DNA of 64,000 bases from Lachnospiraceae bacterium UBA938 (lineage in GTDB: Bacteria > Bacillota > Clostridia > Lachnospirales > Lachnospiraceae): the NCBI GenBank assembly GCA_002293475.1, contig DBDG01000059.1:31726-95725 (forward strand). Reading direction: 5' to 3'. The first letter of the stretch is position 1. Every line of letters starts with the position of its first letter. Positions 1 to 9,446 of the stretch are shown piece by piece. The translations under genes and the position numbers were made by a program. The notes beneath the pieces are model-generated. The model had not been told where the DNA came from, ran no database searches, and worked only from the letters and a program-made list of their open reading frames with translations.

Positions 1-580
1 AACCTATGAAGCAGTGGCCAATGCAGCGGTGGTGACGGTGAGACATGATGATACGGACATTCTGGCAGCAGCCCTGACGGTGCGGCCAGGCCGTGCTTGT
101 AGCAAGGAACAAGTTCAAGAGCATATCAGCCGGTATCTGCCGGATTATATGCGCCCCGGTAATATTTTGATCTTACCGGAGTTACCTATGACAAATAATA
201 ATAAGATAGATAAGAAAGCCATCGGCCGACTGATCATGGATAAGCTGACCGGGGAAACGGAAATACAAAACGATGCCGGCACAGAACAGGAAATCAGGCT
301 GAATATCATATGGAATGAAATCCTTAAGACCAAGGTAACCTCTGTTGATAAGGGCTTCTTTGAAGCCGGCGGCAACTCTTTATTACTTAATAAACTTGCT
401 TTGCGTCTTAAGAAAGAATATCACCAGGAAGTTGATATCGTTGAATTGCTGCGGTTTTCTACGATAAGGAAAATGGCGTTATATTTAAATAATAACGGAG
501 CGGCAAGTAAGCTTGATATGGAGAAGCTAAAAGAGACAGCAGGCAGGAGAGGCCGTTTTATACAAAGAAGGAAGATGTAA
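1..580 (+). CDS. NRPS, 3' part only (end of adenylation domain plus peptidyl carrier domain); the 5' end lies outside the window
   Basis: The frame is open from the window edge to the stop at 578-580 (ORF track 14..580). 'LPMTNNNKIDKKAI' fits the A10 core. 'FFEAGGNSLLLNKL' is the GGxS phosphopantetheine-attachment motif of a PCP. The stop is 4 nt before the next PKS gene. Confidence 0.8.
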   Translation, partial: TYEAVANAAVVTVRHDDTDILAAALTVRPGRACSKEQVQEHISRYLPDYMRPGNILILPELPMTNNNKIDKKAIGRLIMDKLTGETEIQNDAGTEQEIRLNIIWNEILKTKVTSVDKGFFEAGGNSLLLNKLALRLKKEYHQEVDIVELLRFSTIRKMALYLNNNGAASKLDMEKLKETAGRRGRFIQRRKM

Positions 581-584
581 TGAT

Positions 585-3500
585 ATGAGAGAACTCAAGG
601 ACAATGACATTGCCATTATCGGATATGCATTTGAACTGCCGGAAGGAATCAACACCAACGAAAAATTATGGGATGTGCTTAAAAACAGGCAGGATCTGGT
701 TAGGGAGATTCCCGCGAAGCGTTGGGACTGGCGGCAGATATATGATGAGAATCCCCAAGCGGAAGGTAAATCCTATTCCTATCATGGGGCTTTTCTGAAA
801 GATATCGAGCAATTTGATCCCAGTGCTTTTCGGATTATGCCGGTAGAAGCAAAAAGCATGGATCCTCAGCAGCGCCTTGTCTTACAGGCGGCTTGGCACG
901 CTATGGAAAACAGCTATCTAAATATCGAACAATTAAAACATTCTGATACCGGTGTCTTTATTGGCGCTACCATGGTTGATTATCTGCAGTTGCAGGTCAG
1001 AATGGATGAAGGGAAACATATTGACCGTTATACTCATTTTGGCAGCATATTGAATGATATCTCCGGACGAGTTTCTTATGTGTTCGGATTTCGAGGTCCT
1101 TCACTGACCATTGATACCGCCTGTTCCTCTTCGCTTACCGCGATTGACGCGGCCATTAAAGCATTAAAGGAAGGGGACTGTGAGATGGCGCTGGCCGGCG
1201 GCGTGAACGTCATCCTTACGGAAGAGATGTATATAAAACTGGCACGGGCCGAGATGCTGTCGAAAACCGGTGCATGCAAAACCTTTGATGACACTGCTGA
1301 TGGATATGTCCGGGGAGAAGGCTGCGGGATCCTAGTTCTTCAGAACTTAAAAAATGCAAGAGAAACGGGAAAACGGATTCTGGCAGTAATCCGCGGAAGC
1401 AGCATTAACCATAATGGTAATAGCGGCGGATTAACGGTGCCCAGTGGAAAGTCACAGACCATGCTGCTGCAAAGCTGTTTGAAAAAGGCCGGCGTTAAGC
1501 CGGAGGAAATTGATTATGTAGAAGCTCACGGTACAGGTACCCAGCTGGGCGATAAAATTGAAGTAAATGCTTTGCAGGATGTCTTTAAAGGCCGGAAGAA
1601 CCCGTTATTGATCGGCAGTATAAAAACCAATATGGGGCATCTGGAATCGGCCGCCGGCGTTGCCGGGGTTATTAAGGTTCTCCTTTGTATGGAGCATAAT
1701 GAGCTGGTGCCCGGCCTTCATCTTAAGCATAAGAATACGAAAATCAACTGGGATGATTCGCCTGTTGATGTACTTAAAGAAAATATCTTGTGGGAAAAGA
1801 CTATTAAACTTGCCGGAGTCAGCGCTTTTGGGGCAAGCGGAACTAACGGGCATATTATCATGCAAAAATATCAGGATGAGCAGCCGGCCGTCGATACAAA
1901 GGCGACGGGGAAGATTTATCTGGCTGTTTCCGCTAAAAGTAAAATATCACTGCAAAAAATACTGATTTCGCTGTCGACATTCATCAAGGATAAGGAAGAG
2001 CGGGAGCTACATGAAATTGCTAGGATATACAATGTGACAAGAAGCGGCTATGAAGAACGGGTGGTGGTCAGCGGAGTCGATAAAGATGAATTGGTCGCCG
2101 CTTTAAATGGGAAGATCGACGAAGCCTTACAGCCGGAAAAACCCAAAGAAGTACAAGACGCTTCTATTTGCGTTTTGTTATGTAATCTCGGCAACAGCCG
2201 GAAAGCATATGAGCAGCTGGAAGCTTTCAGTTTTACATACCGGCAATTGTCCAAAGAGATGCAGGAACAGCTATCCTTACCCACGGAAGACAAATCAGAT
2301 ATTATGCGAGGAATTGCTTTCTGCCGATATGTTGCCGGGATTGGATTCAAAAAATATCAGATTGCCGGTGATGAACTAGTTAAATTTCAAGTCATGCTGG
2401 CATCTAAAGACAGCCCGGCCTATGAAACAGAGATAGAGCGGTATCTCAACAAGGAGGCAGCCTTGTCCGAAGAATTGGCGGGGTTTATCAGTAAAATATA
2501 CGTATGGTCAGATTGTGCTGCGGCCGATAATCAATATTGGCCGGAAATATTGCTGGAAAATGCCGCATTACAATATCAAACAGGGGCAAAGATAAGGTGG
2601 GAATATTTTTACGATATTAATAAAATCAAGCTGTTATTTTTACCGGGCTATGAATTTGATAACCGTTATTACTGGCTGAACCACCAGCGCCATCTTATCG
2701 ATGATCTGAACAGAGCGGACCGTTCAAGTGAGTATCTTACTATGATTAAGCCGTCGGCCATTGATGATGACGGTCAGGAAGAAGCTGACAATGGACAGGG
2801 GTATAGGTTCCGGTTAAGAAGGGCGACTAGGCTTGTCGAACAGCATCAGATCGGTCATCGCGAAGTGCTGGTCGGTTCCTTTCAGATCATCCTGATTAAG
2901 GAGCTGGCCAGCCGCCTGCTGGGGGACAGGGTTGTAATTAAGGATCTGTTTTTTGTTCAGACCATTGAGCCTGAGACAGAACGGCTATTAAAGCTTAGAC
3001 TGGAAGCAAATCCGGAAACCGGAACAGGACGGTATGACGGCAGGATATGGGAGCTTAGTGATGATAATGAATGGGTCACTAAAACTCTTTTTGCTTGCTT
3101 AATAAAAAAGGACGGTTATGCTTCGGACACTGCTGCCGGCGATGAAGAATTTAGGGGCGAAATTATCGGAGAACAAACATTTTATCATGCTCTTTTCCAC
3201 GCGGGTCTGTATCTGGGCAGTGACTACCAGATCATGGATGCGGTTGTAAAGGGCGAGCGGGAAGCAATAGCAGTACTTAAGAAGACAGATTTTGAACCGG
3301 CGGTACTGGACAGCGCCTCGCAGCTATTATATTTATTCCGTGGGCAGGGAACGGATTTGTACCTGCCGTATTATTTTGCATCCTACGAGCAATGGGAAAC
3401 CCTTAAAAGAGTAAATCGTGTCGAGGCCAGACTGCTTAATGTAACGGAAGATGAAATAACGGCGGAACTATCTTATTATACGGACAGTTGTCTGACTGCG

Positions 3501-6044
3501 AGATTTAACGATTATCATTTAAAAAAGATCAAGAAGAGAGAGTTATGGTCGCTGGATCATATTATTGGCAAACGCTCTGGCTTGCCGGACGGAACGGAAT
3601 TGCGTCAGTATCATATTAAACTGGCCGGGACAAGCCTGCAAGACCATCAGGTATATCATCGCCTGACAATACCCGGATCATATTTTATATCGCAGGTAAT
3701 GCAGTTTGCCATGCATAAATTTCCGCAAGCAGCCTTTGAATTATCCGATATTAGTTTTTTTCAAGCGATGGTTCCGGACGAAAATGTCCCGGTAAAAGAA
3801 ATGATAACAGCAAGAAAAAATGACACCGGATATGTAATTGACATCTGTTCGGCTTATGGCAATCAGGATGAATTCATCAAGAACGCGGCAATAACTGTTA
3901 CCCCTAGGCAAGATTTACATGTCCGCATGGAGCCGGAACGGATGCCGGAACGGTCGGATTACGGCCGCCATGTTGAAAGGGCTAAGATCATTGAGATCCA
4001 GGCAAAAATAGGGCTGCAGCTAGGCGGCTCGTTCAATTGGATGCAAGACATCTGGGTGGGAGAAGACAGTGCTTTTGCTGAGTTGGCCAATGATGATTTT
4101 GCGATGCTTAAGGAAAACTATGGAACTCCACCGGGACTGATAGATACTTCGGCGCAAGTCTTGGGTTTTATTAAAAATAGCACGCAAGAAGAAGCCGGAG
4201 CCTACATACCGTTGACAATCAACCGGCTGATCCAGTATCAAAATCTTAAAAACCGATTATATTGCCTAGTTCGTAATGTTAAGGAAAACGGCTTAATGCT
4301 TGTTGGCGATATTTTATATTGTGATCCCGATACCGGCCAAAAGGTATTGGAATTTCAAGGGATGACGCTTATGAAAGCAGACAGGAACAAACTTGGCAGC
4401 ATCAAATCAAATAATAGCATGATATATGAAGAAAGCTGGGACGATTTTAGTGACGGGATTAGCGCAGAAGCGATCTCTTGCCGGTCGGCTGTCGAAATCA
4501 GGCTGGGTATTGACACAAAGAAAATCATTATTTCTAAGTACCGGGCGGCAGAAAAGGAATGGCTCATTCTAGACAAGATTGTGCTGGACTGGGAAGATAA
4601 AGCAGCTTGGAAAGAGGCGGTTATCAAGGAGATCAACTGTCCGGAACAGCTTTTGGTTATTTTATCCGACTCATCAGTGGGTTTACCTAGGCAGGTTCCG
4701 GTGGCGCGAATATCCGAAATAAATATATTGATCACACATTATTATTTAGAACTGTTTACCTTATTACATAAAATAGATTTCTCCAGCCATGTTCTATGCG
4801 TTGTTACCAATCAGGTATATAGCCGGGACGCTGCCGCAAATCTTTTTGGAAGCCTAGTCTGGGGAATGGTTCGCTCCATTCAATTAGAGCTGGCAGAGGA
4901 AAAGATAGTTTTGCTGGATAGTGACAGAAGTGCCTTTAATTTACTGCCAGTGCTAGGGAAGTTGGTAAGAAACCATATTATGCAAGTGACATATTATCAA
5001 GGCACGATAAGAACCCCCTCCCTTGCTACCACAAAAGCTGACGAGCTGTCATCTTCTGCTTATCGCTTTGCGGCTGAGAAAAGTTATCTTGTCATCGGCG
5101 GATTCGGGGCATTAGGCTTAGAAACATGCAAATACATGATTGAAGCAGGGGTGCGGAGATTAATTGTAATTGGCAGCAGCAGTCAGGAACAAAGGCAGCC
5201 GGAATATGATTCCCTGCATGAGATGCAGGATGGTTTAGATTTGCGTTATTATCAACTGGATATTGCTGCCGATAGCGCCGCCGCAGAGCTTTATCCGATT
5301 TTATCCGCGGAAAATCGTCTGGGTGGAATTATATATGCGGCAGGCGTAGTAAAAGATAAGATGTTCGCAAATTATACTGATGATGAGATCCGGTCTGTTT
5401 ACGGGGCTAAGATCAACGGAATGCTGACATTGGCAAAGATTCTCGACAATATAGAATATGATTTCTGTGTCGGATATTCTTCTGTTGTAGGGGTAATCGG
5501 CGCGGCCGGCCAGTCGGTCTATGGTGCCGCCAATAGCTTTATTGATGCCCTTTGCCGCAGTAAACGGGCGCAAGGTAAAAATATGTTTACGATCCAGTGG
5601 GGGCCTTGGTCGGAGATCGGCATGTTTTCTAAAGTCAATAATTTAGCGGTCAAACGCTTTGCTGACCGTAAGATATTTGCTATGGAGCCCCAAGAAGCAA
5701 TGGCGCGATTTCTAGTGAGCCTAAAACGGGGTACCAATCAAATGATCGTGAATAATAAGCAGATCGCTTTAGAAAAAAAGGGAAACATCACGGTATTTGA
5801 CCATGTTGAAGAATCCGTAAAGGAAAGATTAAAGAAAATCGTCGCCCAGGCGATAGGAACGGAACAAGCTGGACAGATAGAGGAAAGCCGCCGCTTAATG
5901 GATTTTGGTATTGACTCGCTGCTAATGATTGAGATCAGAATAAAGATAAATAAAATCTTTCATGTGTCCATAACGTTAGATGAGTTCTTTAATGAGATGA
6001 CAATTGAGAAATTAGCGGCAAGGATTGAATACACCAGTAAATAA
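585..6044 (+). CDS. AT-less (trans-AT type) polyketide synthase module: KS, two hot-dog/DH-like segments, KR, ACP
   Basis: KS motifs are DTACSSSL, EAHGTGTQLGD and KTNMGHLESAAG. Two DH-like stretches have degenerate HxxxGxxxxP motifs (HQIGHREVLVG; HQVYHRLTIPG). The KR has a Rossmann motif 'VIGGFGALGLE' plus 'YGAANSF'. The C-terminal carrier motif is 'DFGIDSLLMIEI'. No GHSxG acyltransferase domain is visible. Confidence 0.85.
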   Translation: MRELKDNDIAIIGYAFELPEGINTNEKLWDVLKNRQDLVREIPAKRWDWRQIYDENPQAEGKSYSYHGAFLKDIEQFDPSAFRIMPVEAKSMDPQQRLVLQAAWHAMENSYLNIEQLKHSDTGVFIGATMVDYLQLQVRMDEGKHIDRYTHFGSILNDISGRVSYVFGFRGPSLTIDTACSSSLTAIDAAIKALKEGDCEMALAGGVNVILTEEMYIKLARAEMLSKTGACKTFDDTADGYVRGEGCGILVLQNLKNARETGKRILAVIRGSSINHNGNSGGLTVPSGKSQTMLLQSCLKKAGVKPEEIDYVEAHGTGTQLGDKIEVNALQDVFKGRKNPLLIGSIKTNMGHLESAAGVAGVIKVLLCMEHNELVPGLHLKHKNTKINWDDSPVDVLKENILWEKTIKLAGVSAFGASGTNGHIIMQKYQDEQPAVDTKATGKIYLAVSAKSKISLQKILISLSTFIKDKEERELHEIARIYNVTRSGYEERVVVSGVDKDELVAALNGKIDEALQPEKPKEVQDASICVLLCNLGNSRKAYEQLEAFSFTYRQLSKEMQEQLSLPTEDKSDIMRGIAFCRYVAGIGFKKYQIAGDELVKFQVMLASKDSPAYETEIERYLNKEAALSEELAGFISKIYVWSDCAAADNQYWPEILLENAALQYQTGAKIRWEYFYDINKIKLLFLPGYEFDNRYYWLNHQRHLIDDLNRADRSSEYLTMIKPSAIDDDGQEEADNGQGYRFRLRRATRLVEQHQIGHREVLVGSFQIILIKELASRLLGDRVVIKDLFFVQTIEPETERLLKLRLEANPETGTGRYDGRIWELSDDNEWVTKTLFACLIKKDGYASDTAAGDEEFRGEIIGEQTFYHALFHAGLYLGSDYQIMDAVVKGEREAIAVLKKTDFEPAVLDSASQLLYLFRGQGTDLYLPYYFASYEQWETLKRVNRVEARLLNVTEDEITAELSYYTDSCLTARFNDYHLKKIKKRELWSLDHIIGKRSGLPDGTELRQYHIKLAGTSLQDHQVYHRLTIPGSYFISQVMQFAMHKFPQAAFELSDISFFQAMVPDENVPVKEMITARKNDTGYVIDICSAYGNQDEFIKNAAITVTPRQDLHVRMEPERMPERSDYGRHVERAKIIEIQAKIGLQLGGSFNWMQDIWVGEDSAFAELANDDFAMLKENYGTPPGLIDTSAQVLGFIKNSTQEEAGAYIPLTINRLIQYQNLKNRLYCLVRNVKENGLMLVGDILYCDPDTGQKVLEFQGMTLMKADRNKLGSIKSNNSMIYEESWDDFSDGISAEAISCRSAVEIRLGIDTKKIIISKYRAAEKEWLILDKIVLDWEDKAAWKEAVIKEINCPEQLLVILSDSSVGLPRQVPVARISEINILITHYYLELFTLLHKIDFSSHVLCVVTNQVYSRDAAANLFGSLVWGMVRSIQLELAEEKIVLLDSDRSAFNLLPVLGKLVRNHIMQVTYYQGTIRTPSLATTKADELSSSAYRFAAEKSYLVIGGFGALGLETCKYMIEAGVRRLIVIGSSSQEQRQPEYDSLHEMQDGLDLRYYQLDIAADSAAAELYPILSAENRLGGIIYAAGVVKDKMFANYTDDEIRSVYGAKINGMLTLAKILDNIEYDFCVGYSSVVGVIGAAGQSVYGAANSFIDALCRSKRAQGKNMFTIQWGPWSEIGMFSKVNNLAVKRFADRKIFAMEPQEAMARFLVSLKRGTNQMIVNNKQIALEKKGNITVFDHVEESVKERLKKIVAQAIGTEQAGQIEESRRLMDFGIDSLLMIEIRIKINKIFHVSITLDEFFNEMTIEKLAARIEYTSK

Positions 6045-6048
6045 AAAA

Positions 6049-6090
6049 GCCAGTGTTTCCGCGCCTTCCGCGTATGCACTGGCTTTTCTT
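6049..6090. terminator. Hairpin terminator between the PKS gene and the convergent tRNA-Trp (could act on both strands)
   Basis: 'gccagtg' (6049-6055) pairs with 'cactggc' (6077-6083), followed by ttttcttt. An A-run lies on the 5' side. Confidence 0.6.
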
Positions 6091-6094
6091 TAAG

Positions 6095-6165
6095 CAGGGG
6101 AAGAGGGATTCGAACCCCCGTGAACGGTTTTGGAGACCGTCATACTGCCGCTGTATGATTCCCCT
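6095..6165 (-). tRNA. trnW: tRNA-Trp (anticodon CCA)
   Basis: Hand-folded cloverleaf on the minus strand. Acceptor AGGGGAA/TTCCCCT, U8, D stem ATAC/GTAT. Anticodon stem ACGGT/ACCGT with loop CTCCAAA. T arm GGGGG-TTCGAAT-CCCTC. Discriminator G. No encoded CCA. Confidence 0.85.
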
Positions 6166-6507
6166 GAGCGTCGGCAGATAAGCTGATAAACTGACGAAAT
6201 CTATTATATATTACTGCACTGTCATCTGTCAACGAGAAATTACCGAGAAACCTATAGGCCATCCCTCGGACTGCCATTCATCAGCTTCGCAGACAGCGAA
6301 TTTAATTCATCGAGAAGCAGCACTCAGATCATCTTTTGGTTACTGTTAAACAGCCGTCACACAATCCTGCCCGCCGCATATAATAAAGTAACGCGTGATT
6401 TTTCAGAGTTCACCTTCTGCTTGTATTGTGCCAAAAAGCAGGAGGGCAGCGTTAATACAGGGAATTCTACTGTAAAAAGTGACAAAAGAAAAACAGGAGG
6501 AACTATT

Positions 6508-7731
6508 ATGTCAATGCAAAGTACTAAGGTACCATCAAGTGAACTGAGCGGCGCGGAAGCAGCTGTAGTAACCAGCAACGAAAATATCGTTTCCTTTACT
6601 ACCGGAGCGGTTAACTGGACGATGCCGACAACCTGGCCTTTTGTTATCAGTGCCTTGGATTTAAGCGGCATGGGAGCAAGCCTGAAACTGGCAGCGGATT
6701 TTTTGCAGGTAATTATGAATGTAGCTTCTACGGTAACTTCTCCGCTTTATATGGTATTTAACCCGTTGCTTTCAGTTTTTCAGCAGATCCTCGAGGCTAC
6801 GCATCTGGCCTATGTACCGGATATGGCTTCCTTGCTGGCCATGCTGACACAGTTTAGCGGCGTGGCCAACACCCCCAATGTAAGCTTGAAATTAAACTCG
6901 ACTATCGGCTTGGCCAATGTCGGAACCCACATCCAGCTTGGCAGCACCGACATTGATATCTGGCGGGGCATGGTCGCCGGTCCGCCATTCCCGATTGTAA
7001 TGCCCAGAGACGGCCAGGTAACCAGTTTTGCTGCTGATTTCAACGCCTTAGCGGCCGTTAATCCTCAGCAGGTACTGAATATCATCCCGGGACTTACCGA
7101 GCTTCTGGATATACTGACCAGTATTTTCGGGGTAATAAGCGGGGCTATCAGCGGATTGAGTTTTCTTTTAAAACCGATATTAGAAGGACTGCTTGAACCA
7201 TTTGGCTTGACAACAGACATTCCGACGATACCGGATATTGCCGCCGATTTCGCCGAAACAGGCTACACTACCGGTCAGACGGTCAATATAACGGCAACCT
7301 TGTGGCAGGTACCCAATACGATGGCAGCGGATCCGAACCAAGTCAATATGGATCCGGTAACCAGCAGCTTTATCGGTGCCCCTGTGGAAATGTCGATCGG
7401 ACACGGTTCCAGCGGTATCGGGGGAACAACCCCGATCTGTAAGATCAACCTCGGCGGAATCGAGCTGGCGCATCTGGCGCCATGGGATGCCACGACTTCG
7501 CTTCCGGGCACGGCTTTGAATGCCATAGCTTCCGTGCTGGGATTAAACGGCGCCGCCAGTGTCAGTGCGGCTGAAAGTGGCCAGTTTGCTTCCTCGCTGG
7601 TAGTGCTTCCGGAGCCGCTGGCAGTTAACCAAGGTGATTCTTTATATGTAGAGTTTGCGATTGAATCCCCTATTGCCCTTGCTGTCGCCATTGCTGCGCC
7701 AAATATGAGCGCCAATATCACTTATATTTAA
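6508..7731 (+). CDS. Hypothetical protein, 407 aa, with very few basic residues; no family recognised
   Basis: The ATG at 6508 lies 7 nt after AGGAGG (6495-6500). The ORF-track start at 6421 has no RBS. The protein is Ala/Ser/Thr/Gly/Leu/Pro/Asn-rich, with about 5 Lys and 2 Arg by eye. No signal peptide or TM segment is evident. Confidence 0.7.
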   Translation: MSMQSTKVPSSELSGAEAAVVTSNENIVSFTTGAVNWTMPTTWPFVISALDLSGMGASLKLAADFLQVIMNVASTVTSPLYMVFNPLLSVFQQILEATHLAYVPDMASLLAMLTQFSGVANTPNVSLKLNSTIGLANVGTHIQLGSTDIDIWRGMVAGPPFPIVMPRDGQVTSFAADFNALAAVNPQQVLNIIPGLTELLDILTSIFGVISGAISGLSFLLKPILEGLLEPFGLTTDIPTIPDIAADFAETGYTTGQTVNITATLWQVPNTMAADPNQVNMDPVTSSFIGAPVEMSIGHGSSGIGGTTPICKINLGGIELAHLAPWDATTSLPGTALNAIASVLGLNGAASVSAAESGQFASSLVVLPEPLAVNQGDSLYVEFAIESPIALAVAIAAPNMSANITYI

Positions 7732-7805
7732 CTAAATTATTTAATTGAATAATACGGATTAAAAGGTCATGCTTGTCATGCATGCAACCGACCCATTGAT
7801 TTAAT

Positions 7806-7842
7806 AAAGCTGTGTCAAGATTGGATATCTTGGCACAGCTTT
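7806..7842. terminator. Bidirectional hairpin between convergent genes
   Basis: 'aaagctgtgtcaag' ... 'cttggcacagcttt' forms an inverted repeat flanked by A- and T-runs. Confidence 0.6.
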
Positions 7843-7879
7843 CTAAATATATTCCCAAGTTGCGTTGCATTTTCGTCTG

Positions 7880-9091
7880 TTACTCAACCTTGCCCGGCTT
7901 TACCAGCATGAAGGACACAATCAGTCCAACGATGTATAGAGCCGCGGTCACATACAGGACATGATTATAGGACTGACCGGTCATGTTTAGGATCAGAGAG
8001 CTCAACTGATTGCCGGCGATTCCAGCAAAAGCCCATGCGGAAAGTGCCAGTCCGTGTACCGCACTAATCGTTTTCATCCCGAAACGGTCGGAAAGCAGCG
8101 TGGGAAGATTACTGAATCCGCCGCCGTATCCAGCATTGACTACACATAACAGGATGATGACCAGAATGTCGAGCTGGCTGGTTATGCCGTTGGTGACAAA
8201 GGTAATGACCGAGAAGCCGGCCGATAAGATGAAAATCAGCTTGTATATCGTGTTCCGGTCTTTTAACTTGTCGGCTGCCGCCGACAAGCCGATCCGTCCG
8301 AAAGCATTGAAGAGAGCCGTCATGGAACAAAGGAAAGTAATCATGGACGCACCGATGCCGGCCGCGGTGTAGATGTATTTCTCTTGGGAAATAATCGCCA
8401 GCCCGCAGGTGATGTTTAAGAAAAACATTAGCCATATTCCGATAAAGGTTTTATTTTTAAAGATATCCGTAACTTTTGCATCGGATTTTTTGTGCGGTTC
8501 TTCGACCCAGCCGTCAGGTTTTTTAAGTAGCAGATGGCCGCAGTACATCATAATAAAATAAATGACCGCTAGGATATAAAACATATTTACGACCCCGAAA
8601 TTACTGATAAGAGAAGCCATGATGGGACTGGCAATCATCTTGGCCAGACCGAAGCCGGCTACGGCCAGGCCGGTAGCTAGGCCTTTCTGTTCTTTGAACC
8701 AGAGCATCAGCGTCTTGACTGGGGACAGATAACCGAAGCCGAGGCCGATCCCCATGATCACTCCGTAGAAAATAAAGATGCCGGGCAGGGATTTAAGATA
8801 AACGCACACGCCGGTGCCCACCATCCCGGCCGTAAAGCAGACTGCGGAGATCAGCGAGGACTTATGGATGTTTTTCTCCACGATATTACCGCCGAAAGCC
8901 GCCGACATCCCTAAGAAGAAGATAGCTAGGCTGAAAGCCCATTCCACCGGTGCCACATTGGTGCCGTAACCGATGGCATCGGCAATCTCCCCTTTGATCT
9001 GTGACCAGCAATATACGGTACCGATACTGCAGTGAATCAGCAGAGCCGGAATAGCCGCCCGTACCCATTTGTTATTCGATAATTTCTTCAT
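7880..9091 (-). CDS. MFS transporter (oxalate/formate-antiporter-like subfamily suspected)
   Basis: 403 aa with about 12 hydrophobic segments. The N-terminus 'RAAIPALLIHCSIGTVYCWS' is typical of OFA/YhjX-like MFS proteins. Confidence 0.7.
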   Translation of the reverse strand: MKKLSNNKWVRAAIPALLIHCSIGTVYCWSQIKGEIADAIGYGTNVAPVEWAFSLAIFFLGMSAAFGGNIVEKNIHKSSLISAVCFTAGMVGTGVCVYLKSLPGIFIFYGVIMGIGLGFGYLSPVKTLMLWFKEQKGLATGLAVAGFGLAKMIASPIMASLISNFGVVNMFYILAVIYFIMMYCGHLLLKKPDGWVEEPHKKSDAKVTDIFKNKTFIGIWLMFFLNITCGLAIISQEKYIYTAAGIGASMITFLCSMTALFNAFGRIGLSAAADKLKDRNTIYKLIFILSAGFSVITFVTNGITSQLDILVIILLCVVNAGYGGGFSNLPTLLSDRFGMKTISAVHGLALSAWAFAGIAGNQLSSLILNMTGQSYNHVLYVTAALYIVGLIVSFMLVKPGKVE

Positions 9092-9256
9092 AAGTAAATC
9101 TCACTTTCCTATGATGGAATCCCTGTCAGATAATCCCTGCCAATTAATTAGTGTCCAATAAAACCTCGACCGATAATTCCTCGGCATACAATTCCTGTCA
9201 TTAATCGGATTCCTGTCATATCATCTCTTTAACTCCTTATATAAGATCCCGTCAGC
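9092..9256 (-). promoter_or_regulatory. 5' leader of the MFS gene carrying six to seven repeats of a GGA-centred motif (UGACAGGGAU-like)
   Basis: The plus strand shows gaatccctgtca (9117), taatccctgcca (9131), taattcctcggc (9174), caattcctgtca (9189), ggattcctgtca (9207) and agatcccgtcag (9244). An SD-overlapping 'aggaaag' lies next to the start codon. Confidence 0.45.
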
Positions 9257-9446
9257 AAGGATAAATCAGTATTGATGCTGCTTGAATCAATAGCTATTAT
9301 ACATCAATGCTGCAAGTTTTCCAATAACAATTTAAGCAAATAATAATATCTTGACATAAACAATGTTTCACATTTAATGATTTTATGGTAATATAGGTTA
9401 TGAAAGCGGGGTAAAGCAACGGATTGACGGGAGGAATAAGGGAAGC

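Noticed and set aside
6421-6507. Upstream extension of the 407-aa ORF (ORF-track start 6421).
   Set aside because: It has no RBS. The ATG at 6508 has a perfect AGGAGG at 7-nt spacing.
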